DNA of 64,000 nucleotides from an uncultured Pedosphaera sp. (GTDB lineage: Bacteria > Verrucomicrobiota > Verrucomicrobiia > Limisphaerales > AAA164-E04). Made by a program: the position numbers and the translations under genes. Shown piece by piece: positions 1-9,772 of this stretch; within the stretch, counting starts at the first letter, position 1; each line of letters starts with the position of its first letter. The stretch lies in NCBI GenBank assembly GCA_965214825.1, contig OZ243981.1, positions 658,567-722,566 on the forward strand. Direction: 5' to 3'. The notes under the pieces are model-generated. The model worked only from the letters and a program-made list of their open reading frames with translations, was not told the DNA's origin and made no database searches.

Positions 1-1
1 G

Positions 2-1402
2 CACTTCATCACGGTGATGGAAAATGCCAAATCGGAGGTGACTCGCCGGCGCATGAAACAGGCCCGCTATTCATTGGCCGCCGATAAAAACGTTGAACTC
101 TTGCAAAAAATGCTCCGTTTGCGTGCCGCAATTGCCTGCAAACTAGGCTACGCATCTTGGGCCGATTACAAAACCGAAACCAAGATGGCCGGCAACGCCG
201 CCGCCGCTGTCCGATTCCTGAAGGAACTCAACGAAGGATTGAAAAGCAAATTCGCCGCCGAACTAGAGTCCTACCGCTCGCTCAAAGTTGCCGAGACCGG
301 CGACGCCAATGCCCGCATCCATATATGGGATTGGCGCTACTATGCCAACCAACTCAAAAAGCAACATTACGCCGTCAATGCCGAACAACTTCGCGTCTAC
401 TTCCCTTACGAGCGCGTCTTGAAAGGAATGTTCCAAACCTGCGGATGCCTCTTCGGATTATCCTTCGCCCGGCTCAAAGCCCCGTATCAATGGATTGACA
501 GCCTCGAACTCTACCTGGTCTCCGATACCAAAACCCGCGCTCCCCTGGGAACCCTCTACCTCGACATGTTTCCCCGCAAAGGCAAATTCCGCCACTTCGC
601 CCAATTCAGCCTCATCGACGGCAAACGCCTGCCTTCCGGCGAATACCAATGCCCCTGCGCTGCTCTGGTCTGCAACTTCCCGCCGCCCACCGATGGCAAA
701 CCATCCCTGCTCTCCCACAACGAAGCGGAAACCCTCTTTCACGAATTCGGCCATGCGCTGCATTCGCTGCTCACACAGGCGGAAACCTCGCGCTTCTCCG
801 GCACCAACGTCCCCCGCGACTTCGTCGAAGCGCCCTCCCAAATGCTCGAAAACTGGATTTGGGACCGGCAAGTCCTCGACACCTTCGCCGTCGATTACTG
901 CGACGAATCCAAAAAAATTCCCGCAAACATCATCGACCGGCTCAAGGCAGCCCGGCTGGCAACCATCGGCTCCTTCTACCGCCGCCAAATCAGTTTCGGC
1001 CTGCTCGACCTCGAACTCCATTCCGCCTCCAATCCCGAAACAGTTCCCGACGCCCGTGAAGTTTCCGAGCGCATCGCCGCCGACATTTTCCTGGCGCACC
1101 CCAAAAGCGCCGCCTTCGTTGCCAGTTTTGGCCATCTCACCGGCTACGACGCCGGCTACTACGGCTACGCCTGGGCGGATGCCATCGCTGCCGACATGGC
1201 CACCGTCTTTGAAAAATCGCCTCATCGCTACTTTGACGCTGCCATTGGCAAACGCCTGCGAGAGGAGATTTACGCGCCGGGAAACTCCCGCGATGTCAAC
1301 GAGTCCATCGAAAAATTCCTCGGCCGCTCCCACTCCATCCAACCCTTCCTCCAATCCATCGGCCTCGCCGCCAAAGAACCCGCCCGATCAGACTCCCCAT
1401 AA
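2..1402 (+). CDS. M3-family zinc metallopeptidase (oligopeptidase A / thimet-like), 5' end cut by window edge
   Basis: Reading frame is open to the window start. HEFGH zinc motif in TLFHEFGHALHSLL. About 460 aa of C-terminal region typical of M3 peptidases. TAA stop at 1400-1402. Confidence 0.85.
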   Translation, partial: HFITVMENAKSEVTRRRMKQARYSLAADKNVELLQKMLRLRAAIACKLGYASWADYKTETKMAGNAAAAVRFLKELNEGLKSKFAAELESYRSLKVAETGDANARIHIWDWRYYANQLKKQHYAVNAEQLRVYFPYERVLKGMFQTCGCLFGLSFARLKAPYQWIDSLELYLVSDTKTRAPLGTLYLDMFPRKGKFRHFAQFSLIDGKRLPSGEYQCPCAALVCNFPPPTDGKPSLLSHNEAETLFHEFGHALHSLLTQAETSRFSGTNVPRDFVEAPSQMLENWIWDRQVLDTFAVDYCDESKKIPANIIDRLKAARLATIGSFYRRQISFGLLDLELHSASNPETVPDAREVSERIAADIFLAHPKSAAFVASFGHLTGYDAGYYGYAWADAIAADMATVFEKSPHRYFDAAIGKRLREEIYAPGNSRDVNESIEKFLGRSHSIQPFLQSIGLAAKEPARSDSP

Positions 1403-2020
1403 GCCGCCGCCCAATAGAAAACCAGCAGATTGCAGCTTTTAGCTTCGGGAGCAAGCCCAAGTCGTCGAGAACGGCGGGCATAATCATTTTAGCCACCTGA
1501 TGTAACAGTGTAAATGGCGGCTTGCTTGCGCTTTTCGTTATTCGGCAGGATTATTTTTTCCGCCAGGATGGCCTGATCAGGGCGTTGATGCTCAGAATGG
1601 CTTTAATTTTTTTGCTTTCTTCTCTTGCGTTCGGTTTAGAATCGCTATTTTCGTGGGAATGAAAGCCCAATTTTTCGAACTTGTTCGGGACGGCTTTCAA
1701 TGCCATTAAGGTATCGCGGATCGGGAAAACGGCTGCCAGCGTTGCCGTTGGTTTCGGCTTGTTGGTTGGGTCAACAGTGGAGACACAAGCGCAAACGAGT
1801 CCGTTCTATTATTGAGCGGATGTTACTAAGGTTACAATACAACCGTTTTTGAAAAAGCTATCGAACGGAAAGCTTTACCGATTGCCGGATAGTTTGGTTG
1901 AAGTTTATTTTGATGTGACCATTGATATTGATCGGGAAAACGGCTCAGGTTGATCTTGGGATTGGAATTATGGATCTTTTGGTAATAGTGATGATGGTCC
2001 TCCATTGATGGGCGCTACTA

Positions 2021-2305
2021 TTGAGGTTGATTTTCCCCCTCTTCCCGTGTGATGAAATAAAGCCTGAATTTGAGGGAGATGATTTTGTTGATCATGGTTC
2101 TTATGTCGAAGAAGATTCCGCGGGGGACTACTTTATTGTGGAAGTGGAAGCAAGCAACGGAGGGTCAGATGATTGGATCAATCTCTGGATTTATTTCGAT
2201 TCCAAAGGCTCTCTTTGGGAAAGCGATCGTTATGACGTTGATGTTACAGTTGAGTATCTTGAATATCGGGATACGTTTGAGAATCCCGTATATCGGAAAC
2301 GATAG
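2021..2305 (+). CDS. hypothetical small acidic protein (weak call; may be part of a decayed gene)
   Basis: 94-aa ORF in an AT-rich stretch (1440-3090) that otherwise has only short broken frames. A signal-peptide-like fragment (KTAASVAVGFGLLVGSTVETQAQ) lies upstream in another frame around 1720-1815. Confidence 0.2.
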   Translation: MRLIFPLFPCDEIKPEFEGDDFVDHGSYVEEDSAGDYFIVEVEASNGGSDDWINLWIYFDSKGSLWESDRYDVDVTVEYLEYRDTFENPVYRKR

Positions 2306-2310
2306 TTTTA

Positions 2311-2939
2311 TTGCGGAATCGAGCGTTTACATTGATCGAATTACTGGTGGTCGTTGTGATCATCGGCATTCTGGCGGCTTTGTTGTTGCAGGCGTTGGGT
2401 CGGGCAAAAGCAACTGACAAGCGCATTCACTGTGTTAACAACGTTCGGCAATTGGCTCTTATGGTTCATTCGTATGCAGATGACAATGGGGATAAGGGTT
2501 CTTCCTACTAATAAGGAGCGGTACTTTTCTATGAATCTGCAGTGGTATCGGTTGCTTTTAGACAACGGGTATTTGAATAAGGAATGCTTTCAATGCGCTG
2601 GAATCAACAGGTTTCCTCCTGGTTTCGCCTTCGAATTGTATTGTTCTGGGCGATTCTCCAGGCTGGGCATTTTACACTGATGGCCTAAGCCGTCTTTCTA
2701 GTCATATTGAAAGTTATCCGGCAAGATTTTATCAGCCTCCTTATGGTTTTCAGCTGACACGGCGGTATTTCGGTAAAGGGAATATTGCGTTTTTGGATGG
2801 GCATGTTGAGGCGTTGACTCTTCGGGAATTAACCTTGCCGATGGAATCGGTTCAGCGCCGGTGGCTTCACAACAATAAACCGCGTTCGGGTACTTGGAAA
2901 GATAAAGCGGATAAACTGGGCGCCTCTTCGCGGCATTGA
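2311..2939 (+). pseudogene. DUF1559 / H-X9-DG prepilin-type N-terminal cleavage-methylation protein, fragmented over three frames
   Basis: Frame 1 has a TTG start plus [23 protein letters not shown] (prepilin methylation motif) and then TAATAA at 2509-2514. Frame 2 has WYRLLLDNGYLNKECFQC, matching [20 protein letters not shown] of the intact paralogue at 58411. Frame 3 has GNIAFLDGHVEALTLRELTLP..RRW, matching [24 protein letters not shown], with a stop at 2937-2939. Confidence 0.6.
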
Positions 2940-3010
2940 TGAAGAACCCTCGGATGATAATTGATTCTTCAGATTGTTCGTTCGGTCCGTTCTGTGTTCT
3001 TGGAAACACG

Positions 3011-3042
3011 GCCGAATTGGGCGGAATTGGGCGGAACTGGGC
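3011..3042. repeat. 10-bp tandem repeat x3 (GCSGAAYTGG)
   Basis: gccgaattgg gcggaattgg gcggaactgg gc read directly. Intergenic, between the DUF1559 remnant and the DUF1343 gene. Confidence 0.6.
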
Positions 3043-3092
3043 AGCTTTGTGGATGGAGATGATGTTGAAACGGAGCGGGATGCGGGCACCGT

Positions 3093-4340
3093 TCATTTTT
3101 TGTAAATGAGGTAGCGTTTCCGGCGTTCTTTGAATTGTTGGGTTTCGGCTTCCCAACTTTTGGCGATGCGGGATACGGCACAGCCAGCTTGCAAATCTCG
3201 CCGTGTGGCGTCGGTGCCGTTGACTTTGTCAAACATCCCCCAATTTTTGCCGCGATTGAGGGCGGCTTGAAACAAGTCCCGGTCGCTGGCGTGTTTTATG
3301 GCGTCGAGCAGGTAGAAATTGACCGCGCTCAGGGGGGCGTTGGACGGATCGCGAAAGATGATTTCCACTGCTGGCATGGGACGCCCTTTTGAGCGGCCGC
3401 GCCGGGAAAGGATGGTGCCAGGGCGGAACAGGATTCCGGGCAAGGCCTGGCGGTTTAGGTAGGCGGCTGTTTGTGGCGCTTTCAGCCAGTCTTCCGCTAT
3501 GTATTCAAAGGGGCGTTCGGAGCCGATGCCGATGTCTAGCCCGCCGATTTCGCCTAGCATTCCGGTGGCCACTTGATACATTGGGGAGCGGCCGTGGGGA
3601 ACATTGGGGGAGGTGGGCGTCCATTTGAGCCCTGTGTCTTTCCACACCATGGACCGCCGCCAGCCTTTCATGGTGACCACTATCAGGTAGCAGGTGTGGT
3701 CGTTCATACGCTCGCCTTGAATCATGCGGGCCAGCTCGCCGCAAGTCATGCCATAGACATAGGGTATCGGCCAGTAACCGACCAGGGAACGGAATTGCGA
3801 ACGGTAGTGCGGGCCTTCCACTCTCAATCCTCCCAGAGGGTTGGGCCGGTCCAGCACCATGAAATCGACTCCCGCCTTGCCGCATTCTGCCATCGCAATG
3901 CCCATTGTGGCAATGAAGGTGTAGGAACGGGCGCCGGTGTCCTGAAGATCGTAAACCAGCACGTCGATATGTTGGAGCATCTTCGGCGTTGGCTTTCGGA
4001 CGGGACCGGGGCCGTAGAGAGAGAAGACGGGCAAGCCTGTCTTCGGATCGACGGCATCGGGAAACTCCTTTCCGGCCGGAATGTCGCCATAGACGCCGTG
4101 CTCCGCTCCGAACAACGCTACCAGGTTCACATTCGGCGCCCGGTGCAGCAGCTCAACCGTGGAGATGCCTGCTCGATTTGCGCCGCTGGGATTCGTCAAC
4201 AACCCGACACGCTTCCCCGCCAAATCCCGAAATCCCCGGGCGGCCAGCACATCACTCCCCAGTTTGACTTGCGCAGAGACGGGCGGAACCGCAACGGCAA
4301 GGCTCGGAAGGAGCGTCAAAACAGCAAAGCACCTTTTCAT
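3093..4340 (-). CDS. DUF1343 family protein (NamZ/YbbC-like exo-beta-N-acetylmuramidase family), secreted
   Basis: LLTNPSGANRAGISTVELLH..NLVALFGAEHGVYGD is typical of DUF1343. Signal peptide MKRCFAVLTLLPSLAVAVPPVSAQ. ATG at 4340 preferred over the longer ORF to 4439, which runs into the transposon end. TGA stop. Confidence 0.8.
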   Translation of the reverse strand: MKRCFAVLTLLPSLAVAVPPVSAQVKLGSDVLAARGFRDLAGKRVGLLTNPSGANRAGISTVELLHRAPNVNLVALFGAEHGVYGDIPAGKEFPDAVDPKTGLPVFSLYGPGPVRKPTPKMLQHIDVLVYDLQDTGARSYTFIATMGIAMAECGKAGVDFMVLDRPNPLGGLRVEGPHYRSQFRSLVGYWPIPYVYGMTCGELARMIQGERMNDHTCYLIVVTMKGWRRSMVWKDTGLKWTPTSPNVPHGRSPMYQVATGMLGEIGGLDIGIGSERPFEYIAEDWLKAPQTAAYLNRQALPGILFRPGTILSRRGRSKGRPMPAVEIIFRDPSNAPLSAVNFYLLDAIKHASDRDLFQAALNRGKNWGMFDKVNGTDATRRDLQAGCAVSRIAKSWEAETQQFKERRKRYLIYKK

Positions 4341-4427
4341 TTTCAGTATCGGCAACATTTCCCTTTCGCCCACATTCAGCTTTTGGCCAGTATTAACAGG
4401 CACCGCTCCCAGTGCAAGCCGAAGTTC

Positions 4428-4678
4428 CGCAATAAGCATTTATGGGCTTTGATGGTTTTGGAGGGCAATTTCGTTCGGGACATATAGATGGACAGGAGGC
4501 ACAGGATTGGATTTTTTGTCAAGGCGGGTGCCGGTCAACCGGTCGAGTGCCTGCACAAAGGCAGACAGGAAGTTGGTTGTCGGTTCCCTTCCGCCCTAAC
4601 CGCTCTTCGAGTCCCTCTGCCCTACCCACTCTTCGAGTGTCTGCGCCAACCCTCTTAAGCCTGTAACTCCTTATTGCG
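4428..4678. mobile_element. MITE-like terminal sub-element of unit A (251 bp, IR-bounded, no own duplication)
   Basis: CGCAATAAGCATTTATGGGCTT at 4428 and AAGCCTGTAACTCCTTATTGCG at 4657-4678. Its left 120 bp is the reverse complement of 46100-46232. Confidence 0.55.
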
Positions 4679-4690
4679 AAATCAAGCCTT

Positions 4691-4712
4691 GCGCAGACAG
4701 AAATGTCTGCGC
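4691..4712 (-). terminator. stem-loop just downstream of LRR gene A (GCGCAGACA-GAAA-TGTCTGCGC)
   Basis: Perfect 9-bp stem with a 4-nt loop, 6 nt after the TGA at 4718-4720. No clear U tract, so terminator function is tentative. Confidence 0.35.
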
Positions 4713-4717
4713 CACCT

Positions 4718-7700
4718 TCACTTCGCCGGTTTCAGGCGGAAGAACTCTGCGCCTTTCCGCTCAGGCGGAATCGGCAACACCCCCTCCCGCGAAAAACGAG
4801 ACGGCGACACGGCTTCCCACTCGCCCCTCAAATCAGTCGTGCTTTGCAATGTCCCTTCACGCCAATGAATCTGCACCCCCCCGCCCGCAATCCGCACAAT
4901 CTCCAAATGGTTGTTGTTGTTGAGAGACAAGCGCCTGAAGTTCGTCGAGCTGGCATCCGGCAAGGTCAAGGTGCCTATCGTTGGCTCGCAAAAGGTCACC
5001 TCCGATTTCGGGAAACCTTGCAGGTTGAGATTCTCAATGTCCATGCCTTCGGGCACACACAAACTCTCCAAAGGATTGCCGTTGAGAATCAACGTTTTCA
5101 AGCTCGTCAGGCCAGCGGGCAAGACCAGGTTGGTCAGGGAATTGTTGCTGAGGTCTAGCGTTATCAAGCTCGTCAAGTCCTCGGGCAAGGTCAGATGAGT
5201 CAGTTGGTTGTCGTTGAGATACAGCACCCACAAGTTCGTTAAACCGTGAGGCAAGGTCAAAGAGGTCAGTTGATTGTCGTTGAAATACAGCCCTCTCGAC
5301 TTGGCCAAGCCCTCCGGCAATGTCAGAGAGGGCAAGCGATTGTGATTGAGAAACAGCCACACCAAATTCGTCAAGCCATCGGGCAAAGTCAGGTGGGTCA
5401 AGTCATTGTTTCGGAGGTCTACAGACTTCGCGTTTGCATTCACCACCCGGTTAAAAGCACTGCCGTCGCTTGTCGTTCCGGTGATGAGGAGTGCTCCCTC
5501 AGTTATGGGCGGCTCTTCAGTTGTGTGTGGCTTTTCGGTTGTCGGAGGTTCTTCGGTTGTGGGAGGCTCTTCAGTTGGCGGGGGTTCTTCAGTTGTGGGC
5601 GGCGCAATCGTCTCTTCGTTCGCGGGATCGTAAAAGGTCACTGCTGATTTGGAATAGCCACGAAGCTCAAGACTTTCAAGGTCCAGGCCTTCGGGCGCCC
5701 GCACACTCTCCAAAGGATTGCCGAAGAGATACAGCCGTTGCAAGTTCGCCAAACCCTCCGGCAAGGTCAGGTTCGTCAGTTGATTATTAAAAAGATACAA
5801 GTGTTGCAAGTTCGTCAGACCCTCGGGCAAAGTTATAGAAGAGAGTTGATTGTCGAAGAGATGCAGCCGCTGCAAGTTCTCCAGGCCAGCGGGCACGGTA
5901 AGGGAAGAGAGTTGATTGTCGGCGAGAGACAGAGACTCCGTGCCTGTATCGACCTCCAAACGAAAAGTGTCGCCAGTGCTTGTCGTTCCGGTGAGGGTAA
6001 TGAATGTCCCAGTCGTGGGCGGAAGATTGGTATTCGTTGTCGGGGGCTCTTCGGTTGTGGGCGGTTCTTCGGTTGTTGGGGGTTCTTCGGTTGTGGGGGG
6101 TTCTTCGGTTGTCGGGGGGATATTGGTATTGGTTGTCGGCGGGATGTTGGTATTGGTCGTCGGTGGGATGTTGGTATTGGTCGTCGGTGGGATATTGGTA
6201 TTGGTTGTCGGGGATTCCCCGGTTGTGGGATCGTAAAAGGTCACTGCTGATGTCGAAAAACCTTGAAGATCGAGATTTTCAAGGTTCATGCCCAAAGGCA
6301 CACGCACACTTTCCAAAGGATTGCCGGAAAGATTCAGCGTTCTCAAGCTCGTCAGGCCAGTGGGCAAGGTCAGGTTGGTCAGGGAATTGTTGCTGAGGTC
6401 TAGCGTTCTCAAGCTCGTCAAGCCAGCGGGCAAGGTCAGGTGGGTCAGGGAATTGTTGCTGAGGTCTAGGGTTCTCAAGCTCGTCAAGTCGCCGGGCAAG
6501 GTCAGGTCAGTCAGTTGGTTGTTGTGGAGTTCCAGATATTGCAAGCTGGTCAAACCATCGGGCACGGTGAAGGCGGTCAGGTGGTTGTGGTCGAGATACA
6601 GCGTCTCCAAGTTGGTCAAGCCGGCAGGCAAGGTTACGGAAGCCAGATCAAAAAAGGAGTGGAGAGCCAGATGTGTCTCGTTGGCGGCGACTTCTTGGCT
6701 GAAGGCACTGCCGTTGCTTGTGGTTCCGGTGATGAGGAGAGTTGGGATCTCTGGTTCTGTCGGCTCTGTGGGCGGCGGCGTAATTGGCTCTTCGGGCGCG
6801 GGATCGTAGAAGGTAACCTCTAATTTCGGGAAGCCTTGCAGGTTGAGACTCTCAATGTCCATGCCCATCAGGCACACGCACACTCTCCAAAGGATTGCCG
6901 AAGAGATACAGCGTCTCCAATTTGGTCAAACCATCGGGCAGGGTCAAGGTAGTTAGTTGGTTGGAGTAGAGTTTCAGCTCCTGCAAGTTGGTCAAGGTAT
7001 CGGGCAGGGTCAAGGCGGTCAGGCGGTTGTAGCTGAGATTCAGCCTCGTCAAGTTGGTCAAGCCATCAGGCAGGGTCAGGTTGGTTAGTTGGTTGTCAGA
7101 GAGATACAGATTCGTCAAGTTGGTCAAGCCGGCAGGCAAGGTTAGGGAAGCCAGATTAAAGGAGTTGAGAGGCAGATATGTCGTGCTGGCATCGACTCGC
7201 CGGCTGTAGGCGCTGCCGTCGCTCTTGGTTCCGGTGATGGTGAGGGTTCCCTCAGTCGGGCGGGGGCTCTGTTTCGATTGTCTCTCCGGTCGTTGGATCG
7301 TAGAAGGTAACCTCTAATTTCGGGAAGCCTCCCAGGGCGAGACTCTCAATGTCCATGCCCAGAGGCACACGCAAACTCTCCAAAGGATTGTTGTCGACAT
7401 ACAGCCTCTCCAAGTTTGTCAAGGTATCGGGCACGGTGAAGGTGGTCAGTTGGTTGTTTTGGAGCCACAGCGTCGTCAAGCTGGTCAAGCCATCGGGCAG
7501 GGTCACGGAAGCCAGGTCAAGGGAGCTGAGAACCAGAGACGTCGTGCTGGCATTGACTTGTCGGCTGAAGGCGCTGCCGTCGGTTTTGGTTCCAGTGATG
7601 GTGAGGGTTCCCTCAGTTGGCGGGGGCTCTGTTTCGATTGTCTCTCCGGTCGTTGGATCGTAGAATGTGACCTCTAATTTCGGGAAGCCTGACAGGGAGA

Positions 7701-9171
7701 GACTCTCAATGTCCATGCCCAGAGGCACACGCAAACTCTCCAAAGGATTGTTGTTGAGCCGCAGATTCTCCAAGCTGGTCATGCCGACGGGCACGGTGAA
7801 GGAGGTCAGTTGGTTGTCGCCGAGCCTCAGATCCTCTAAGCTCGTCAAGTCATCGGGCAAGGTCAGGTTGGTTAGTTGGTTGCCGTAGAGATTCAGCGTC
7901 TTCAAGCTGGTCAAGCCATCGGGCAGGGTCAAGGTGGTCAAGCGGTTGTAGGAGAGATACAGAGTCTCCAAGCTGGGCAAGCTGTTAGGCAGGGTCAAGG
8001 TGGTCAGTTGGTTTTGGGAGAGATTCAGCGTCTTCAAGCTGGTCAAGCCATCGGGCAGGGTCAAGGGGGTCAGGCGGTTGTAGGAGAGATACAGAGTCTC
8101 CAAGCTGGTCAAGTCATCGGGCAAGGTCAGGTTGGTTAGTTGATTGTCGTGGAGATTCAGATTCGTCAAGCTGGTCAAGCCGGCAGGCAAGGTTAGGGAA
8201 GCCAGATTAAAGGAGTTGAGAGCCAGAGATGTCGTGTTGGCAGCATTGACTCGCCGGCTATAGGCGCTGCCGTCGGTTTTGGTTCCAGTGATGGTGAGGG
8301 TTCCCTCAGTTGGCGGGGGCTCTGTTTCGATTGTCTCTCCGGTCGTTGGATCGTAGAAGGTCACTTCTGATTTCGGGAAGCCTGTCAGGTTGAGACTCTC
8401 AATGTCCATGCCCAGAGGCACACGCAAACTCTCCAAAGGATTGTTGTTGAGCCGCAGATTCTCCAAGCTGGTCATGCCGACGGGCACGGTGAAGGAGGTC
8501 AGTTGGTTGTCGCCGAGCCTCAGATCCTCTAAGCTCGTCAAGTCATCGGGCAAGGTCAGGTTGGTTAGTTGGTTGCCGTAGAGATTCAGCGTCTTCAAGC
8601 TGGTCAAGCCATCGGGCAGGGTCAAGGTGGTCAAGCGGTTGTAGGAGAGATACAGAGTCTCCAAGCTGGGCAAGCTGTTAGGCAGGGTCAAGGCGGTCAG
8701 TTGGTTTTGGGAGAGATTCAGCGTCTTCAAGCTGGTCAAGCCATCGGGCAGGGTCAAGGGGGTCAGGCGGTTGTAGGAGAGATACAGAGTCTCCAAGCTG
8801 GGCAAGTCATCGGGCAAGGTCAGGTTGGTTAGTTGATTGTCGTGGAGATTCAGATTCGTCAAGCTGGTCAAGCCGGCAGGCAAGGTTAGGGAAGCTAGAT
8901 TAAAGGAGTTGAGAGCCAGAGATGTTGTGCTAGCATTGACTTGTCGGCTGAAGACGCTGCCGTCGGTTTTAGTTCCGGTGATGGTGAGGGTTTGAGCGGC
9001 GGCTGGGAGGGCAAGGGCAAGAGCGAGGGCTAGCGCCAAGCCGATTCGATGCGGCGATGTTGGCCTATTTTTGATGGGTTGCGGTTTGGCGGTTTTGTTG
9101 GCGGCGGTTGCCGCCAATTTCAAGAAGATAACGGATAATAGTTTCATAACTGCAGTGTTTTTCAGTTTCAT
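4718..9171 (-). pseudogene. giant modular leucine-rich-repeat secreted protein, paralogue A (about 1483 aa if repaired), split into three ORFs by two +1 frameshifts
   Basis: The ORFs are 7252..9333 (start taken as ATG 9171, matching MKLKDTAAMK of paralogue B), 6852..7139 and 4718..6883. N-terminal 60 aa and C-terminal about 120 aa are near-identical to the 46298..51790 protein. Breaks are at about 7255 (PPPD* where sister modules read PPPTEGTLTITG) and about 6868 (VPDGHGH* where sister modules read VPLGMDIESL). Confidence 0.75.
7611..8996. repeat. two near-identical 693-bp tandem copies (231-aa LRR super-module) inside LRR gene A
   Basis: cctcagttgg occurs at 7611 and 8304 (offset 693). Shadow ORFs 7876..8139 and 8569..8832 translate identically. 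Confidence 0.85.
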
Positions 9172-9621
9172 TATGGCGGTGCTTTGCTTAGCACAATTTT
9201 CCCCATTATCAAGCATTTTGCCCGCAATAAACGTTTGTAGGCTTGATGAGTTTTTCGGAGTGGTGGCGGAACTCGCCTTGCGCATCAACTTGCCCTGATG
9301 GACGAGTCGCCGGATTGCCCATCTTCCATCCAAGATTCTTCAACGATTCTTCAATGTAAGGATAGAAGCGATATTCACTATCCCGCGCCCGGCTCTTCCG
9401 TTTAGGCGATATGAAGGCAGGAGTACTGGCTGGTAGGCTGGTGGGCTGGCCTTTTTTTCATGATGACAGGTTGTTTCGCTTTTTCAAAGGTTATTTTTAA
9501 TTTTCGGTTCAGCTCGGGACACAGGCTTGCCGCCTGCAGGCAGACAGGATGTCTGCCTCACATTTTTCTCCCGACAAGGGAGATTTAGCACAGGATTGGA
9601 TTTTTTGTCAAGGGGAGATGG

Positions 9622-9772
9622 CGAAATAAGTATTTACAGGCTTTGGAGGTTTTGGAGAGAGGATTGATGGCGATTCAGCTGGGGCTGCCGAAAGCCAAGG
9701 GATGCGGCGGGCGGCGGTCAACGGGTCGAGTGCCTGCGCGTCACCCTGTTAAGCCCGTAAATGCTTATCGCG
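9622..9772. mobile_element. MITE-like terminal sub-element of unit A (151 bp)
   Basis: CGAAATAAGTATTTACAGGCTT at 9622-9643 and AAGCCCGTAAATGCTTATCGCG at 9751-9772. Internal sequence is related to 46056-46232 but rearranged. Confidence 0.5.

Larger units (their letters stand above)
4428..9772. mobile_element. LRR cargo unit A: 5,345-bp transposase-less element with IS1595-type terminal inverted repeats and an 8-bp target-site duplication
   Basis: Left end is CGCAATAAGCATTTATGGGCTT (4428-4449). Right end is AAGCCCGTAAATGCTTATCGCG (9751-9772). The IRs match at 20/22. CGAAGTTC is directly repeated at 4420-4427 and 9773-9780. The only gene inside is the LRR gene. Confidence 0.75.

Noticed and set aside
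2296-2318. atagttttattgcg at the start of the DUF1559 remnant, and cgcaatagcc at 59891, as further IS-type ends.
   Set aside because: Only the 8-nt tip matches. The ATTTA..GGCTT part of the 22-nt IR is absent, there is no partner IR or duplication, and the second site lies inside a well-supported CDS.
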